NCBI RefSeq assembly: GCF_001194135.2 | Contig: NC_068983.1 | Location: forward strand, 73,716,702-73,780,701 | Origin: Octopus bimaculoides | Taxonomy: Eukaryota | Reading direction: 5' to 3' | Length of the DNA stretch: 64,000 bases | In this document: positions 12,107 through 23,475 of the stretch, piece after piece | Layout: the number at the start of each line of letters is the position of its first letter | How positions within the stretch are numbered: the first letter of the stretch is position 1 | Made by a program: the position numbers and the translations under genes | The notes under the pieces: generated by a model | What the model was told of the DNA's origin: nothing | Database searches by the model: none | The model's input: the letters and a program-made list of their open reading frames with translations, nothing else

Positions 12107-12750
12107 ATCATACAGTCTACCTTTCACTCTGAGTGAGAGGCCATTGTTGCCAGCAGAGGTAGAAGCTTTCTGAACTTTGCCCAGGCTATTCTTATTCTTT
12201 TTTACTCTAGGCACAAGGCATGAAATTTTTTGGGAGGGGGCCAGTCGATTAGATCAACTCCAGTATGCAACTGCTACTTAATTTATTGACCCCGAAAGGA
12301 TGAAAGGCAAAGTTGTCCTTGGTGGAATTTGAACTCAGAACATAAAGACAGATGAAATACTGTTAACCATTTTACCCAGCATGCTACCATTTCTGCCAGC
12401 TCCCTGCCTTCCAGGCTATTATTATTCTAGCAGCTATGCTCTCTGAGCATCAACCCCCACCACAGATGGTTGCCTAGGTAGCGGAAGTTATCAACTACTT
12501 CTAGTTTTTCCCCCTAGCATGTGATGGAATCTGTTTTCTGTACCTCTGTGGCTTATTGCCCCTGTGCATCTGCCACACACAAAAACTATCTTCTCGGTTA
12601 ACTTTCCTTTGATATTGCTGCACCTCTTATGTGTCAATAGCTTACACTGGGCACATCTTATGGAGTTTCTACCTACACCTTTTCTACAGATTGAGCAGGG
12701 CTATCTACCTGAAGGGGTTTGTGATTTGCCTGCCTTCCTACTTACTAAAC
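12107..12750 (-). mobile_element. RTE LINE reverse transcriptase fragment with PHD-type finger, split by a SINE
   Basis: LVSRK...CSICRKGVGRNSIRCAQCKLLTHKRC...CGRC...EKLEVVDNFRYLG...CSESIAARIIIAW / AKFRKLLPLLAT...GRLYD. Confidence 0.85.
12199..12410 (-). mobile_element. tRNA-derived SINE family C inserted in the RTE fragment
   Basis: aggaatttgaactcagaac B-box region, ccgaaaggatgaaaggcaaag core; 18-bp TSD ccaggctatt(c/a)ttattct at 12181-12198 and 12411-12428. Confidence 0.88.
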
Positions 12751-13403
12751 TTTAAATAATATAAATGTAAAATAAGTAAATAACAGAAGTAAAATATCCA
12801 ATTACGAGATATATATATAAAAATATAAATACATATACATTCATAGTTATTTATGTATATATAACCTAAATTAATCAGTTAATTCCCAATTCTATATGTT
12901 TACTTGTATATAATTAGAAATATAGGGAAAATAAAATTTTGAATATATTTGACTAATTTATTTACATTTATCCCAGCTGGTTTCACAACATCATGATAAT
13001 AATGAAGATTACCAAAATAATTGCATTCACGGTAATTTAATTTATATAAAGATAACTACATTAAGAAAACCTAGGTGGAAAGTCTCAATTTAAATAACAG
13101 TTAACTTACAACTGTTGCCAGTGAATGCATTATTTTGATATGTATTTTTAGTCATTTGATCTTTACTAAGCTACTCTCTGCTGTTTCTGCATACTGGATT
13201 AATATAGAAAAATATTCTTGAAACCTTTTAATCCATTTACATCTTCTTTTTATATCACGTTGTCTTACATTATAAATGGTCATAATCTATTTAGACATAT
13301 GTTATGTATGTTAATATATGCATTTATTTATTCATCTTGTTTGCCTGGTAGTATCACTAACACATTAGTACAGTGAAAAAAAGTTGGTATTTTGGGTATG
13401 TAT

Positions 13404-13722
13404 ATGTGTGACTGTGTAGTAAGAACTTTGCTTTCCAACCTCATGGTTCCAGGTTCAGTCCTACTGTGTGAAACATTGGATTATATAGATATGTATATGT
13501 GTGTGCGCATGTCTTTCTATCAGTGTTTGTTCCCCATCACTGCTTGACAACTGGTATTGGGTTATTTACATCCCTGTAGCCTAGCAGTTTGGCAAAAGAG
13601 ACTGATTAAATAAGTAGCAGACTTAGAAAAAAGTACTGGGGTTGATTCATTTGACTAAAAGTTCTTCAAGGTGGTGCCTTGGCATGGCCATAGTCTAATG
13701 ATTAAAATAAGTAAAAGATAAA
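13404..13722 (+). mobile_element. Diverged family A SINE with internal deletion
   Basis: Head and A1 tail recognisable, central part missing. Confidence 0.7.
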
Positions 13723-13735
13723 ATATATTTATTAC

Positions 13736-13785
<50 letters not shown>

Positions 13786-13786
<1 letters not shown>

Positions 13787-14505
13787 TGTACTTTTCAGGA
13801 TCGTTCCCAGGACACCTATAACAACAGGGATTGTTTTGGTTTTGAATTGCCACGTCTTAGATATCTCAATCTCAAGCTCCTTATATTTCGACAATTTTTC
13901 AAATTCCTTTGCGGATGTTTCTATCAGTAAGCACTGTCATATCCATTAACAGACATGTTTTTCATCTTAGGTCTTTGATGACAATGTCTGGTCTGTTATC
14001 AGTTATTTCCTGTCTGTATGTATCCCATATTCCCATAACATAGTAACATTCTCTCCCTCAGTGATTGGCTCTGGATGGTGTTCCTGTAGGAATAGCATAC
14101 GTTCCAGTGCAAGTACTGGCCAACTCAGTCATGCCTGACTTTATATTCTGTAGGGGCAAGGACTGAGTAACCAGTAACAATGTGGTCAATACTCTCAAGT
14201 TTGTCATTGCCAAGTCTACACTTTGTGTCTACTTCATTGTGTGCGATATTAGCTTGATAGATCTGAGTGAGGAGACTCTGATCTTGGTCCGCTAGGATAA
14301 ATCCTTCTGTTTCAGCTTTTAAACCAACACTCTGCAGCCACTGATGCATTCTTCTTACATCTATATCAGCTTCTAGCTCGTTTGGGGCACTGCTCATACA
14401 ATGGGGTTTTTTTTTTTTGCCAGGGTCTTGATATTTCCTTCAAGCTTTCTTGTTTGGCTTTTGTTTTACACTTTTTTGCTGCCTTAGTGGGTTGTGTGTC
14501 CTCCT
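13786..14505 (-). mobile_element. R4/Dong-like fragment: RT C-terminal region, CCHC knuckle remnant, RLE
   Basis: WLQSVGLKAETEGFILADQDQSL...KCRLG..ESIDHIVTG...EYKVRHD...SKYKELEIEISKTWQFKTKTIPVVIGVLGTI; frameshifted; ends in (TAA)n. Confidence 0.88.
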
Positions 14506-14591
14506 TATCATCATCATCATCATCATCATTATAATCAGGGAGGTTAAGCTCGTTATCATCATCATCATCATCATCATCAACATCATCATCA

Positions 14592-14628
<37 letters not shown>

Positions 14629-14739
14629 CATTATTATTATTGAGAGAGAGAGCAGTGCATACCATCAAAGTGGCACTGGGGTAAAATATATGAAGTCCAG
14701 TATACCCATCATGACAACCTGTCTGATAACTGCACTAAG

Positions 14740-14832
14740 GGTATGCATGTCTGTGGAGTACTCAGCCACTTGCATGTTAATTTCACAAATAGGCTGTTCT
14801 GTTGATTGGATCAACTGGAACCCTTGTTGTAA
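14740..14832 (+). mobile_element. 3' half of family B SINE
   Basis: tctgtggagtactcagccacttgcatgttaatttcac...gatcaactggaaccc. Confidence 0.7.
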
Positions 14833-15135
14833 GTGGCAGAATGCCAATCTCTCACAAGTAACATTTGCATATGATCTGGTAAAATATATGAAATCTTATT
14901 CACAGTTTTGTTGTTTAACCCTAGGTCAGCCCTGATTGTATTAATCTATGATCAAAGGTATTCCAGTCTTGGTCATTTCCCCATCTTTCAGAATGCATTG
15001 TCCAATATTTCCTTTCTTAATTTTAAGACACCAGAACTATGACTTGAGGAAGATTTTTATGCTATATCTAGCCTATCAAATGATGACATTCAAGCTCTTT
15101 TGTTCTTTTAAATGGTTAAGTGAATTGAGATGATA

Positions 15136-15526
15136 AGTTGTTGTTGTTAGCACTCCGTCGCTTACGACGTCGAGGGTTCCAGTTGATCCGATCAACATAA
15201 CAGCCTGCTCGTGAAATTAACGTGAAAGTGACTGAGCACTCCACAGACACGTGTACCCTTAACGTAGTTCTAGGGGATACTCAGCGTGACACAGTGTGAC
15301 AAGGCTGGCCCTTTGAAATACAGGTACAACAGAAACAGGAAGTAAGAGTGAAAGAAAGTTGTGGTGAAAGAGTACAGCAGGGTTCACCACCATCCCCTGC
15401 CGGAGCCTAGTGGAGCTTTAGGTGTTTTCGCTCAATAAACACTCACAACGCCCGGTCTGGGAATCGAAACCGCGATCCTATGACCGCGAGTCTGCTGCCC
15501 TAACCACTGGGCCATTGCACCTCCAC
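15136..15526 (-). mobile_element. Full-length family B SINE
   Basis: Close match to 2068-2458; 10-bp TSD tgagatgata at 15126-15135 and 15527-15536. Confidence 0.92.
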
Positions 15527-15970
15527 TGAGATGATATGATATACCATAGAATGTACAGTTCAGAAATAAAGCAAAATGCCAACAGCATATTTGAAACAAA
15601 AGCCTATGAGGAGATAGTCCAGTATGTTATCAAACTCCAGCATTTTGTTTCTACTTGATGGAACTGATCAGACGTAAAAGTAATATAATAAAGTCATGAA
15701 TTAATAATTATGTATTAAAGATATCTGTGACACATCTTTAATACTATGTTTTCTCCATCAAATTTCAATTAATATTTCAATGATATGTCAGAAGCATACA
15801 CTATATCTTTAATATCACCAACACACTCCAATCTTTAACAACAGACAAGATGTCTCCTCCTTTAGTAGCAGTATAAAAGGCCAGTAAGGCAGTGTGAAGA
15901 AATTGTAGACTGTGTCAATGGTATTAGATATTCTAAGGAATACTTTATATTTTAGAAATATACTGTATAT

Positions 15971-16353
15971 AGGCGCAGGAGTGGCCTTGTGGTAAGTAGC
16001 TTGCTAACCAACCACATGGTTCCAGGTTCAGTCCCATTGCGTGGCACCTTGGGCAGTGGATTTGGTAGACGGAAACTGAAAGAAGCCCGGTGTATATATG
16101 TATANNNNNNNNNNNNNNNNNNNATATAAAGCTTCATTTTAAATGGATATATTTGTGTGTGTAAATGTATATATAATATACAAGTTTGTGTGTATGTATA
16201 TATAAATGCATGTATATATATATGTGTGTGTGTGTGTATGTGTGTTTATGTGTCTGTGTTTGTCCCCCCACCATCGCTTGACAACCGATGCTGGTGTGTT
16301 TACGTCCCCGTAACTTAGCGGTTCGGCAAAAGAGACCGATAGAATAAGTACTA
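15971..16353 (+). mobile_element. Family A SINE, 3'-truncated
   Basis: aggcgcaggagtggc head; tail stops at aataagtactag. Confidence 0.8.
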
Positions 16354-16435
16354 GTTTTTTCAGGCTCCTGCACATTTTATGTGGAAGAAGGACAGGATAA
16401 ATATCTGGTCCTTCTTCCACTTCAAGAAATCACAC

Positions 16436-16520
16436 CTTGCCTATGTTTTTCCTATAGCTGTCAATGTGCAGCTGTTCTTGAGGAACATCAGCCATGTTTA
16501 TCTCACTGGTCTTGGAGAGC
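16436..16520 (-). CDS. Candidate internal host exon, unidentified product (LSKTSEINMADVPQEQLHIDSYRKNIGK)
   Basis: Non-repetitive; acceptor ggcttttgcag, donor AAG|gtgtga, open frame, phase-compatible with 23984-24113. A competing + strand reading exists. Confidence 0.3.
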
Positions 16521-16647
16521 CTGCAAAAGCCACAGGTATAGACCCTCCCACAAAAACAAACCATTACGAAAACACATAAAAAACAGACTTCCACTACTTT
16601 CAACAAATAAATACACACACATTCCCACAAATATGCACACACACACC

Positions 16648-16678
<31 letters not shown>

Positions 16679-16679
16679 A

Positions 16680-17110
16680 CATGTGGCTGTGTGGTTAAAG
16701 AGCTTGCTTTCCAGCCATGTGCTCTCAGGTTCAGTCCCACTGCATGACATCTTGGGCAAGTGTCTTCTAATATAGTCCCTAAAGTCTTGTGAGTGAATTT
16801 AATAGATGGAAACTGAAAGAAGCCCATTACGTATGTATTCAAATACATGTGTGTGTGTGTGTGTGTGCCTGTGTGTTTGTTTGTACCCTTGTCTTGACAT
16901 TATATTATGGTTGTAAATGAGCGCCCCCATCATACAAGCAATGTTGTTCATTTTCAGTCTTCCATGAAAATTGTGTCTTGCCATGAGGAAATATTACCTT
17001 GCTTAGAAACAGATGGTGAGAGGAAAGGCATCTGACCTTAAAAAAATCAACAAACTTCACCTGGACCATATAAACATGGAAAAGTAGACTCCAAAATGAC
17101 AACGATCAAG
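16680..17110 (+). mobile_element. Family A SINE, variant A2
   Basis: Head plus RTE-like tail acatggaaaagtagactccaaaatgacaacga. Confidence 0.75.
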
Positions 17111-17549
17111 ATAACGATGACAATGACTTAATATATAAACTTCATTATATTTAAACAGTATTTTATTATTCTTGAAAAACTTGGTTTTATTGATGAAGTG
17201 GAAACAGCTGTAATTTATAACATGAATTGAATTTATCATTTAATGATTAAATTATCTAATTATTCAATTTGTTGAAATATGGGAGTAGGAAAACAGCCAA
17301 CAACTGATGAAGGGTCGTTCTTTGTGTTGTTTGTCTTGTTTTCCATTTGTGTCTTTCGTTGTTAAAAAAAATAGTTCATATTCCATGTACTCGTACTTCG
17401 TATTTTTTGTTGTACATGTTTCGTGATGTCCAGTGCCCACATATGCATATATATATACATATAGATGTAAATATGTACATATGCGTATGTATATATGCAT
17501 ATATATATATATATCTATAAATAATATGCGACAATTATTCAGTAGCCAT

Positions 17550-17610
17550 GATAAAACTCTGAGTTTTGGATGTCAGGGCAGAAACCCACACCGCCATCTC
17601 TTCAGTTATC
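17550..17610 (-). ncRNA. Hammerhead ribozyme motif, core mutated (GAAA>AAAA)
   Basis: GATAA CTGAAGA GATG...CATCC AAAA CTCAGAG T T TTATC. Confidence 0.6.
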
Positions 17611-17931
17611 TGGCCATCGAAAAAATGCTATCTGTAATTTTCTCCAAAAGTTTCTTAAAGTATAGTTCCCTTGATGGTATAGGTATGCTTTTCATAGAAT
17701 AATCGATGTAGTAGGCATCCATATTGAATTCTTCTGCGGGACAGAGTTCTCAACTGATTTCTGGCGATTTTCCAAAATAAGCTTTATAAGCCCTTACGGA
17801 AAAATAGCAGTGTATAGGAGGTAACTTATTGATAGAAAAGGTAAGACAACAAAAGAAAGAAAGAGATCTTGATATTATGTAAATAGAGGAATTTATCTGT
17901 AAATAATAGGTGACAATTATTTAGTAGCCAT

Positions 17932-17992
17932 GATAAAACTCCGAGTTTCGGATGTCGGGGCGGAAACTCACACTGCCATCTCTTCAGTTATC
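17932..17992 (-). ncRNA. Minimal type I hammerhead ribozyme, intact core
   Basis: GAUAA CUGAAGA GAUG-(loop)-CAUC C GAAA CUC G GAG U U UUAUC: stem I 5 bp, stem II 4 bp, near-palindromic stem III with a 1-nt loop, GUU triplet. Confidence 0.75.
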
Positions 17993-18292
17993 TGGCCATC
18001 AAAAAAAGGCTATCCTCTATTTACATAATATTGAGGTCTCTTTCTTTCTTTTGTGGTCTTACCTTTTCTATCAATAAGTTACTTCCCGTAAACCGCTATT
18101 TTTCCGTAAGGGCTAATACAGCTTATTTTGGAAAATTACCAGAAATCGGTTGAGGACTCTGCCCTGCAGAAGAATTCAATATGTACGCTTACTACATCGA
18201 TTATTCTATGAAAAGTATACCTATACCATCAAGGGAACTATACTCTAAGAAACTTTTGGAGAAAATTACAGATAGCATTTTTTCGATGGCCG

Positions 18293-18353
18293 GATAACTG
18301 AAGAGCTGACGGTGTGAGTTTCCACCCCAATATCCAAAACTCGGAGTTTTATC
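18293..18353 (+). ncRNA. Hammerhead ribozyme motif, core mutated (GAAA>AAAA)
   Basis: GATAA CTGAAGA GCTG...TATCC AAAA CTCGGAG T T TTATC. Confidence 0.6.
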
Positions 18354-18534
18354 ATAGCTGCCGAATAATTGTCACATATTATTTACAGATAAATTCCTCT
18401 ATTTACATAATATCGAGGTCACTTTCTTTCTTTTGTTGTCTTACCTTTTCTATCAATATATATATATATATTTATGATTTAACCACTGATGTATATATAT
18501 ATATATATATATACATATATACACATATATATAT

Positions 18535-18790
18535 CATCGTCATCATCATCATCATCATCATCCTTTAATGTCCATTTTCCGTGCTGGCATGGGATGGACG
18601 GTTTGACCAGAGCTGCACCAGGTTCCAGTCTGATTTAGCCTGGTTTCTACAGTTTGATGCCCTTCTAATGCCAACCACTTTACAGTGTGTACTGAGTGCT
18701 TTTAACATATCACCAATAGAGTGCTTTTATGTGGCACCAGCATAAACGCTTTTTACATGGCACTAGCACAGGACACTTGTAGGCCAGTCC
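18535..18790 (-). mobile_element. RTE 3' end with (TGA)n tail
   Basis: Reverse complement of the RTE tail seen at 24965, 26740 and 60100. Confidence 0.7.
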
Positions 18791-18874
18791 TCCTCCCCAG
18801 AGGAGTGGCGTTAACACTTCTACTATGGAGGACTTGTCTTCTTGTGCGTATTTATTTGTATTTACATATATGTA

Positions 18875-19203
18875 TAGAAGGAGGAGGGCCGTCTTTGGTC
18901 ATAAATGACCATGGGATTGTACCTGAAAGTTCCCCTCTGAAGCACAAGTCTGGGCAAGGTTATTTATGGAGGGCCAGCAGTTGCCCGTGTATACCAGTCT
19001 CTCCTCTCCATGCCCCCGATGTCTCTCAGGGGAAAGGCAAAGGCTGATACAGCTTGGCACTAGTGACATCGCAACTCATTTCTACAGCTGAGAGAACTGG
19101 AGCAATGTGAAATAAAGTGTCTTGCTCAAGAATACAACAGAGAGCTCGGTTCAGGAATCAAACTCATCACCTCATGATTGTGAGCTCAATGCTTTAACCA
19201 CTG
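18875..19203 (-). mobile_element. tRNA/CORE-like SINE family F
   Basis: Minus: cagtggttaaagcattgagctcacaatcatgagg...gagtttgattcc...cttgagcaagacactttatttcacattgctccag, then a distinct tail. Confidence 0.7.
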
Positions 19204-19396
19204 ATATATATATGTATGTATGTATTATGTATGTATGTATGTATGTAGGTATGTATGTATGTATGTATGTATGTATGTATGTATTTATGGATGTATGTAT
19301 GTATGTGTGTGTATATGTATGTATATGTCAAACTAGAAGGGAATAAAGAAAAAACACTAATTTTATGTCTCAAGATATTCATAGATATGTATGCAT

Positions 19397-19779
19397 AGGC
19401 ACAGGTGCGGCTGCATGGTAAGAAGCTTGCTTCCCAACCACATGGTTCCAGGTTCAGTCCCACTGTGTGGCACCTTTGGCAAGTGTCTTCTAGTATAGCC
19501 TCGGGCTGACCAAAGCCTTGTGAGTGGATTTGATAAACGGAAACTGAAAGAATCCTATTGTGCATGTATACACACGCACACACACACACACACACACACA
19601 TATGTATTTATGTGTGTGTCTTTGTGCCTGTGTTTGTCCACCCCCACCATAACTTGACAACCAATGTTGGTGTGTTTATGTCCCCATAACTTAGCAGTTC
19701 AGCAAAAGAGACTGATTTCTTTGACTAAAGGTGGTGCTCCAGCATGGCTGCAGTTAAATGACTGAAATGTGTAAAAGAG
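19397..19779 (+). mobile_element. Family A SINE (A1)
   Basis: Complete head, central (CA)/(TG) tract, A1 tail. Confidence 0.85.
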
Positions 19780-20350
19780 CATATATATGTGTGTAAGAGT
19801 AAATACCTTGTCATTGTCATCATTCTCATCGTTCTCTTTTTACATCAATAGATTTTCTTGCTTGGTCTAGCAATAGCATTTCTTGTATTTTATTACCTTT
19901 CCATTGCAAATTTTTCTGTTGTTGTTCAGATGTTAGCATAAGCTGAAATCAGACCCAAAATCAATTCTCTCCTTGGTTACTGCACAAATTAGTAAGGTCA
20001 GATTTATCTTAGTCAACTTTGATTTACCTGGTATTTCCTGGCCTCTTATCTTTTATATGGCATTTATTATTTTCATTATTTTTTTCTTTTGATTATCAAG
20101 GGTTTATTGTCTAGTCTCAGTATGGCTGAATGGTTAAGTAATTCACTTTGAAACCCCAAGATCTTGGGTTCAATCTCAGCCTGTGATATTTTGGGCAAAA
20201 GCTATTTTCTCAAACTTGGGTCAATTAATATCTTGTGAGTGAAATTAGGAAGACACAGATTATATAGAAGACTCTCAGGTAGCTTGCACCTGAATTTAAA
20301 AATATACAATGTTGTCACATCTGTGCCATGCTGATTTGGATGGAGAACTA

Positions 20351-20716
20351 TTCTTTTACTCTTTTACTCTTTTACTTGTTTCAGTCATTTGACTGCGGCC
20401 ATGCTGGAGTACTGCCTTTTAGTCGAGCAAATCGACCCCGGGACTTATTCTTTGTAAGCCTAGTACTTATTCTATCGGTTTCTTTTGCCGAACCGCTAAG
20501 TGACGGGGACATAAACACACCAGCATCGGTTGTCAAGCAATGCTAGGGGGACAAACACAGACACACAAACACAGACACACATATATATATACATATATAC
20601 GACGGGCTTCTCTCAGTTTCCATCTACCATTTGCCCAAGATGCCACGCAGTGGGACTGAACCCGGAACTATGTGGTTGGTGAGCAAGCTACTTACCACAC
20701 AGCCACTCCTGCATCT
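20351..20716 (-). mobile_element. Family A SINE (A1), young-looking copy
   Basis: (CTTTTA)n tail, CpGs retained, head ending ccactcctgc on the + strand. Confidence 0.88.
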
Positions 20717-21133
20717 ATGTTTACCTTTTTATTGGAGGAAGCAGATATATCTGCTCAAAATTTCATTACCTTTGGCTGTGGAAAGCAGTCTTATATTCCA
20801 ATATACTTTTTGTTGCAGAATGTCTTATTTGAAAATGTTTTCTGTTGAAATATGTCTAACCCTTTCATTACCATATTTTTCTACTTTAGTTTCAATAAAT
20901 TTCGAAAATAATGAAGAATTATAGGTGCAGGCATGGCTGTGTAGTTTCTTAACCACATAGTGCCAGGTTCAGTTCCACTACATGGCACATTGGGCAAGTG
21001 TCTTCTGTTATAGCCTCAAGCTAACCAAAGCCTTGTCTATGAAGCTGTAACAGCAGCAGCAATGAAATGGCACACATGCACGCATGCTCTCTCTCTCTCA
21101 CACAGAAATATGTTGCAGCAAGGGGAAATGTTA

Positions 21134-21365
21134 CAACATTAGCCAGCTATGTATGCCAATTAAAAGAAAAGGGAATGCCATACAAAATTAAATGGCAGCT
21201 GTTAGAACAGCCCGGGCCATATTTCAACAGAAGCAGATGGCGCAAACTTTACTTAGCCAAGAGGACAATAAACCTAAAACATTCACACAATATGAATACC
21301 TTCTTGAATTAAAAAATAAGAAATTTTTAGCTGATGCCTTCATGAAAGAAAATTTATTTTCAAAA
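21134..21365 (+). mobile_element. PLE GIY-YIG endonuclease C-terminal fragment (Naiad-like)
   Basis: TTLASYVCQLKEKGMPYKIKWQLLEQPGPYFNRSR...LN / CLHERKFIF resembles the C-terminus of invertebrate PLE endonucleases. Confidence 0.65.
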
Positions 21366-22117
21366 TGTGGCCTTCTATGTTTTCAGACTAGAGAACAGAA
21401 AAAATATATGCTGACTAACTCATTTTAGCCACAGCTGGAATCGTACAAGGGAAAGTAACTCTTCTTAACATCTCAGAAAGGTTTCTTTTTGTTTTGGATT
21501 TTTTCACCACTAAACTGACCAAGACTGTATATTTACCTCCATTAGTAAGGAAACTATGTGCTTTTGGCCAGGAGGTCTGGTGAGCTGCTTATATTGCTAA
21601 GTGTAATAGTATATGAGAAACCAATGATATCTTTCTCACCAGTTATGTTCCATAATCAAGGATATACTACTTGAGTACATAACATTTATATATATCTATA
21701 ATTTAGGACAATCAGTAAGTTGTCATAATTGTACTCGGAGTTTCAAATGCCAGAGCATATGTTTGTGTGTATGGGCATGTACATATACATGTTTGTGTGA
21801 GTGTGTATGTATGTAGACATTATGAATGCAGGAGGTTTTATGTCTATGCATTGTGAGAATATGGTTGCATGTATTTTTTATCTTTTATATTTTTTCCTAC
21901 CTATTAGAGTAGCTTCCCTTTTATTCAACGTTTTTTTTTTTTATAGCGTCTATTGCCATTAATAGCCAATGAGAATGCATCATAGTTCTTAGCTTTGGCA
22001 TTTGAAACACCGAGTACTATTATGACAACTTACTGATTATCCTAAACTATACATATATAAATATCCTCTATTTACTTAATACTGAGGTCTCATTCTTTTG
22101 TTGTCACTTTTTTATTG

Positions 22118-22263
<146 letters not shown>

Positions 22264-22265
22264 AT

Positions 22266-23065
22266 GTCCAAATTGAGGGAGTGGGACAGGTGTAATCCAT
22301 GCTACATATGTTTCCTAGCTAGCTGACCCTCTGAAGTAATAATTACTCAATGAGAGGTACTCAGTTAGCTACTCACGAGACTGAAGGTTACATTGTCATT
22401 TGTGAATCCCAAGTTACTGTATATACTTGGCTATCAGTCACACTTTTTTTCCTTGAAATTTTCGCCTAAAGTTGGGGGTGTGACTTATAAGTGCATCCTA
22501 TAAAAAAAATCTTCAGATATTTTCTAGGTAGAAGCCATGTCTGAAGTTCCAGCACTTGGAATAACCAAAAAGGATAAAATTTTACGTTATAAATAACGGT
22601 TTCTAAAATGCATGAACTTAATGGGATAACAGTTGTTGTAAGTCATCTTCAGCTTACTGAAAGCTTGTTTACTAAACAACAACTATGTTGGCGTGATTCC
22701 TAATTGAACTTTGCTCTCCAGCATCAAAAAAATCGCTGTGACTTATAGTTGGGTCAATGATAAAAATCCGATTTGAATCTTGTAAGTCGGGGGCGTCTTA
22801 TAGGCGAGGGTGTTTTATAGTTGAGTATATACGGTAACTCACCAAAGATGTAATTTAAAATTTAAAATTACATCTTTGTAATTTGAATTTATGTAATTTG
22901 AAAAATTACACCTTTGTAATGTAACCTTCATATGACTAAGATATCTTCAGCCTGATAAATACGTAGCTGAGTACCCCTCTTTAAGTAATTATTACATCAA
23001 AGGATCTGCTACCTAGGAAATATGTGTAACCTGGATTTTACCTGTTCCACTCTCTCATTTTGGAC
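22266..23065. mobile_element. Foldback-type MITE with about 140-bp imperfect inverted repeats
   Basis: gtccaaattgagggagtgggacagg...ctgaag at 22266-22405 matches the reverse complement of about 22925-23065. Confidence 0.75.
22415..22836. mobile_element. pogo/Tigger-like MITE nested in the foldback element
   Basis: Termini TA-CTGTATATACT ... AGTATATACGG-TA, TA duplication. Confidence 0.8.
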
Positions 23066-23312
23066 TTTTATTTGCATTCATAGCACCTCTAGTTGCTTAC
23101 TGTGAGCTATATAAACATTTTCTTCAGCTTATTGAACTTCAATATGAGAAAAGCCAATAACCTTTGATGCCAGTAAATAATTATTGTTCCTGAATGTTTC
23201 TTTTTATACATACCACAGACTGCTTGAAGCTTACAAACTTCCTACATTTAGATCCTTTCATCTTACAATCACTCCCCCCCCCCACACACATACAGGCATG
23301 CATGGAAAAAGG

Positions 23313-23313
23313 C

Positions 23314-23361
<48 letters not shown>

Positions 23362-23430
23362 ATCTATCTATCTATCCATCTATCTATCTATCTATCTACC
23401 TACCTACTTGTCTGTCTGTCTATCTGTATA

Positions 23431-23466
<36 letters not shown>

Positions 23467-23475
23467 TCTATCTAT
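23313..23475. repeat. (TCTA)n/(TCTG)n microsatellite
   Basis: Direct reading. Confidence 0.95.

Larger units (their letters stand above)
17512..18458. mobile_element. Penelope-like pseudo-LTR array: 382-bp unit, about 1.3 copies on - then about 1.2 copies on + (palindrome)
   Basis: 17550-17610 repeats at 17932-17992; 18015-18392 is the reverse complement of about 17512-17889; unit carries a hammerhead motif and a PLE N-terminus-like ORF. Confidence 0.8.

Noticed and set aside
14641-14738. Possible 3' UTR of another R4-like subfamily (minus, ends in (AAT)n)
   Set aside because: No coding sequence attached within the window to support the assignment.
16364-16535. + strand 172-nt segment with cag/gt borders and two open frames
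   Set aside because: Competes with the minus-strand candidate; its acceptor directly abuts a truncated SINE and no recognisable protein results. Not excluded.
17290-17330. CTGATGA followed by agggtc
   Set aside because: No properly placed GAAA or stems; not a hammerhead as it stands.
19930-19995. Strong-looking acceptor/donor pairs on both strands
   Set aside because: All frames from the obvious acceptors contain stops.
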